Assembly: GCA_976551045.1 (NCBI GenBank)
Contig: CDPCPM010000056.1
Span: forward strand, 33,108,001 to 33,172,000
DNA: 64,000 nucleotides
DNA from: Glaucostegus cemiculus
Taxonomy: Eukaryota
Reading direction: 5' to 3'
Both the position numbers and the translations under genes were made by a program. The notes below the pieces were generated by a model. The model was not told the DNA's origin, ran no database searches, and was given only the letters and a program-made list of their open reading frames with translations. Below, one piece after another: positions 61,193 to 64,000 of this stretch; the stretch's first letter is position 1, and each line of letters begins with the position of its first letter.

Positions 61193-62935
61193 ACTTGGAA
61201 AGAAAACTTCAAGCTGTTCAACATAAGATTGAAATAAACTGATGACTACAGACTAGTTGTATTATTGATGGAAGCAATTTGAGGTGATAAATTTTTTGAC
61301 ATCTTATAAGAAACAAAATATATGGTTGTACAAGTCTTAGTTTCACCATATCAAAGCAGTGGGGCAAACAAAACACTACCTGAAAACACTATGGTCAAAA
61401 CTGTGATTAACAGCATTATTTTATGATTAGTTAGTTGTCTTAATAATTTTACTGGTTGAAATTTCAGTGAGGAAAGAATGTAATTTTTGAAAAGCAGAAT
61501 TCTCAATGACGATCCTTCTTCATAACCTTTCACAAGACATAAATCTTGATGTCATTATAGAAAAGTTTGTTTTGGGGTGTATTGTGCGGTTTATTACTTA
61601 CAGTGTTCAACAGTTGTGTTTTATAGGAATTAAGTTCACTTTAAGTGTCAAGTGTAAGTCTGATTTGATCAAACAGGATAGCTCCAGTGCAGTGTTACTA
61701 ACTAGGTGAGAGCCTCAAATCCAACCATTATCTTGCTTGCCACTTGCCATAAAGGGTTGCACATATCTGTACTTGTAATTCCTTGCATGGTGGGTTTCTG
61801 ATGTAAATCATATCTCAGTGGGTCATAGCCAAGCAGCAGTCAGGCATTTCTTCACAGGAAGAAAGCAAGATTAATAAAATTTTATTTAATAGGTCTATTT
61901 CAATCGGATGTTTGCTGCATGAAATCTGAGATAACACTGCCCCCCTAAGAGTGGATGTTTACCTTCTTTTGCTGGGGTGCATGAAAACAAGAGGGAGCAG
62001 CATTGATCCAAGATTGATCAACATCTCATATCAGGGTATACTGTAAACAGAGGCCCAAAGGCAAGTGTAGCAGCAGATCTGCTAAAAACAACAGGTAAAG
62101 AGAAGATGGGATCAGCTGTTTTATGAATACCAATACACCAACACAATCAGATTATATTCTGCTCTGCCTTAGATCCCATTAATACATACATTTGGAGTCC
62201 ATTATTGCTTTAATGTAAGGTGATGTTGATAAATGTAAAATGCCCTATTAATGTACAGTTTGGATCAATTTTGACAAGTGTAGGGTTGCACTGTTTTGCA
62301 ATGTTACTGCAGCAATTCTTGTTGTATAGTGAATTTTAGAATTACAGTTAAATGTTTTTGAGATTGCAGTTTATAGAATGTGCGCAGAGTAATATGCCTT
62401 CGTCATTGAATCAAGTGGGACACCAGTGTGAATCTGGTCATAAACCTGAATGAGCTGAGAGTGCTGTAGAAACTTACAACAGTGTATTACATTTGATTGT
62501 GCACGACATTAGAAGCATGTCATAGTGTAGAAATCTAGTGGCCTCGTGCATATGAGGTTACAGCACTATTGCACTGTGTAATATTCATTTTTTTCATGCT
62601 CCTATTGAATATTTTTGTATGGTTAAAACTCTTAAGATGACTGGTGCCGTGCATTCTTTGTGAAATGTACTCTTTGAAAGCTGTACTCTGTACATTATGT
62701 TGGTGAAAAGATTTTGTATATTTTATGTTAAAGAAAAAACTTCAGCGGGTTTTTTGTTTGCGAAAATTGCCAATTATGTTCCTGTCTACAATAGTTTCTA
62801 ATGTAATTGAAATCTGTGATATCTTTGGTTCTGCTGTATTTGTACCAACCATGTACATTAAAATTCTTTTGTCATTGTTATCAAATAACTTCAGTTTATG
62901 TGTAACATTAAAAAATCCATTGATCTGAAATTTTG
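61193..62935 (+). other. Candidate distal terminal exon or 3'UTR-like block
   Basis: Acceptor ttattgctttttgttccttcAG (61191-61192). The block is TE-free and U-rich, with many TGTA motifs, and ends in ATTAAA at 62857 and 62907. Confidence 0.35.
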
Positions 62936-62974
62936 CAATTATAAGAAAAATTGGCAGAAAGTTCTCTCTGTTTT

Positions 62975-63235
62975 CAAAGGTCCACTTGCAATACCAGTGT
63001 CAAAGGCCCCAGGAAAGGTCTCTGACCCCAGGTTAAGGTCCTAAAGCTGACTTTATTGCTATATATTAGAGGATGGAAAAACCCATCTTGTATGTTATAG
63101 GAATTAGTTGAGTGCTGAACCAGGTACACAGGCCGTACCCTGGGAGAATAGCTTGCTGACTCTCACAGCTGAGAGATATATATGAAGAGTGGGCACTTTG
63201 ATGAGGTATTAGAGCTGCTGGCACTTGTACATCCT
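62975..63235 (+). mobile_element. Ancient SINE-like repeat remnant
   Basis: Decayed B-box-like ccaggttaaggtcc and gaatagcttgctgactctcac...atgaagagtgggcacttt. Faint relatives lie at about 960-1050 (-) and 18940-19100 (+). Confidence 0.35.
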
Positions 63236-64000
63236 CAACTTGAGCTGGTACATTAAGAAAAGTAAAACAATGATGGTTGGTATTATAATCACAAAATATC
63301 TCAGTGGTTGAATAGATGGTACGTCCCTTAAAAACAACATCATTTTCCAGCCTCCCTTACATTAACTATGAGGTATTGTGGGTATGCTAATGAGTTGCAA
63401 CCATCTTCAATGACGTTACGTTCTGGAGGGGAGCACATTGTGCTGCACCTATTACAGGTAACCTTTCTTTCTGTGCTGCAAAGAAGACCTGAATAAACAG
63501 CCATGTTCTGTACCAGTAACTGGTGCCTCCATAACCCTCTCAAATCATCCACTGGAGCAAAAATCACTGCACTAATCTCAATGATGGAATGATGAAAAAG
63601 CCCAAGCCATAGAACATGAGACCAAAAATGCAAGGGAATTTAGTTCCATGTAAAACACTATAACAGGTATGCAGCAGCAAAAGAAAGCAAAACCACTATA
63701 GCCTTCTTAATAGTCCTAAAATGTAGTGCTCTCTTTGCCAGGGATGGGTAAAGTGAGTGCAGAGAGATCTTAGCAGGAAACACTATGTTACTGTTGTCAC
63801 ACCACTATCCAGCACCACTATATCCATTTAAAGCAGTGCACTGCAGTTATGAGGTGGGACACAGCCTTTAAAAACAGACATGTCACTTCATATGTAGAAA
63901 CAGCAGCCCGCACTATCCAGATGCTAAGCATACACCTTGCTACCCTTGGCATTCTAAGACGAATAGCAAGGCACTCTGCACGGCATTGAAGTGGTTGAAA

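Overview
This is AT-rich vertebrate genomic DNA, not prokaryotic. The repeat content (HE1/V-SINEs, Deu-domain SINEs, CR1, Tx1, Rex/Babar and abundant Penelope-like elements) points to a cartilaginous fish; that assignment is inference. The only protein-coding gene I can support is the 3' end of an IgLON cell-adhesion gene on the + strand, best matching NEGR1. It has three exons here: a 152-nt Ig3 exon (2582-2733), a 54-nt frame-preserving Ser/Thr/Pro-rich exon (25970-26023) and the GPI-signal exon (31388-31488). Nearly all ORFs in the supplied track are spurious or transposon fossils. The most striking non-coding signal is about 10 dispersed copies of a minimal type-I hammerhead ribozyme motif, carried by Penelope terminal repeats and short derivatives. 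Three of these copies share a core variant, and most are damaged at CpG sites. Other notable items are an inverted SINE pair in the probable 3'UTR, an orphan 3'UTR-like block at 61-63 kb, a young solo LTR and a Harbinger transposase fossil. Exon, LTR and ribozyme coordinates were read base by base. Transposon boundaries are approximate, and family names come from recalled consensus similarity, not from searches.
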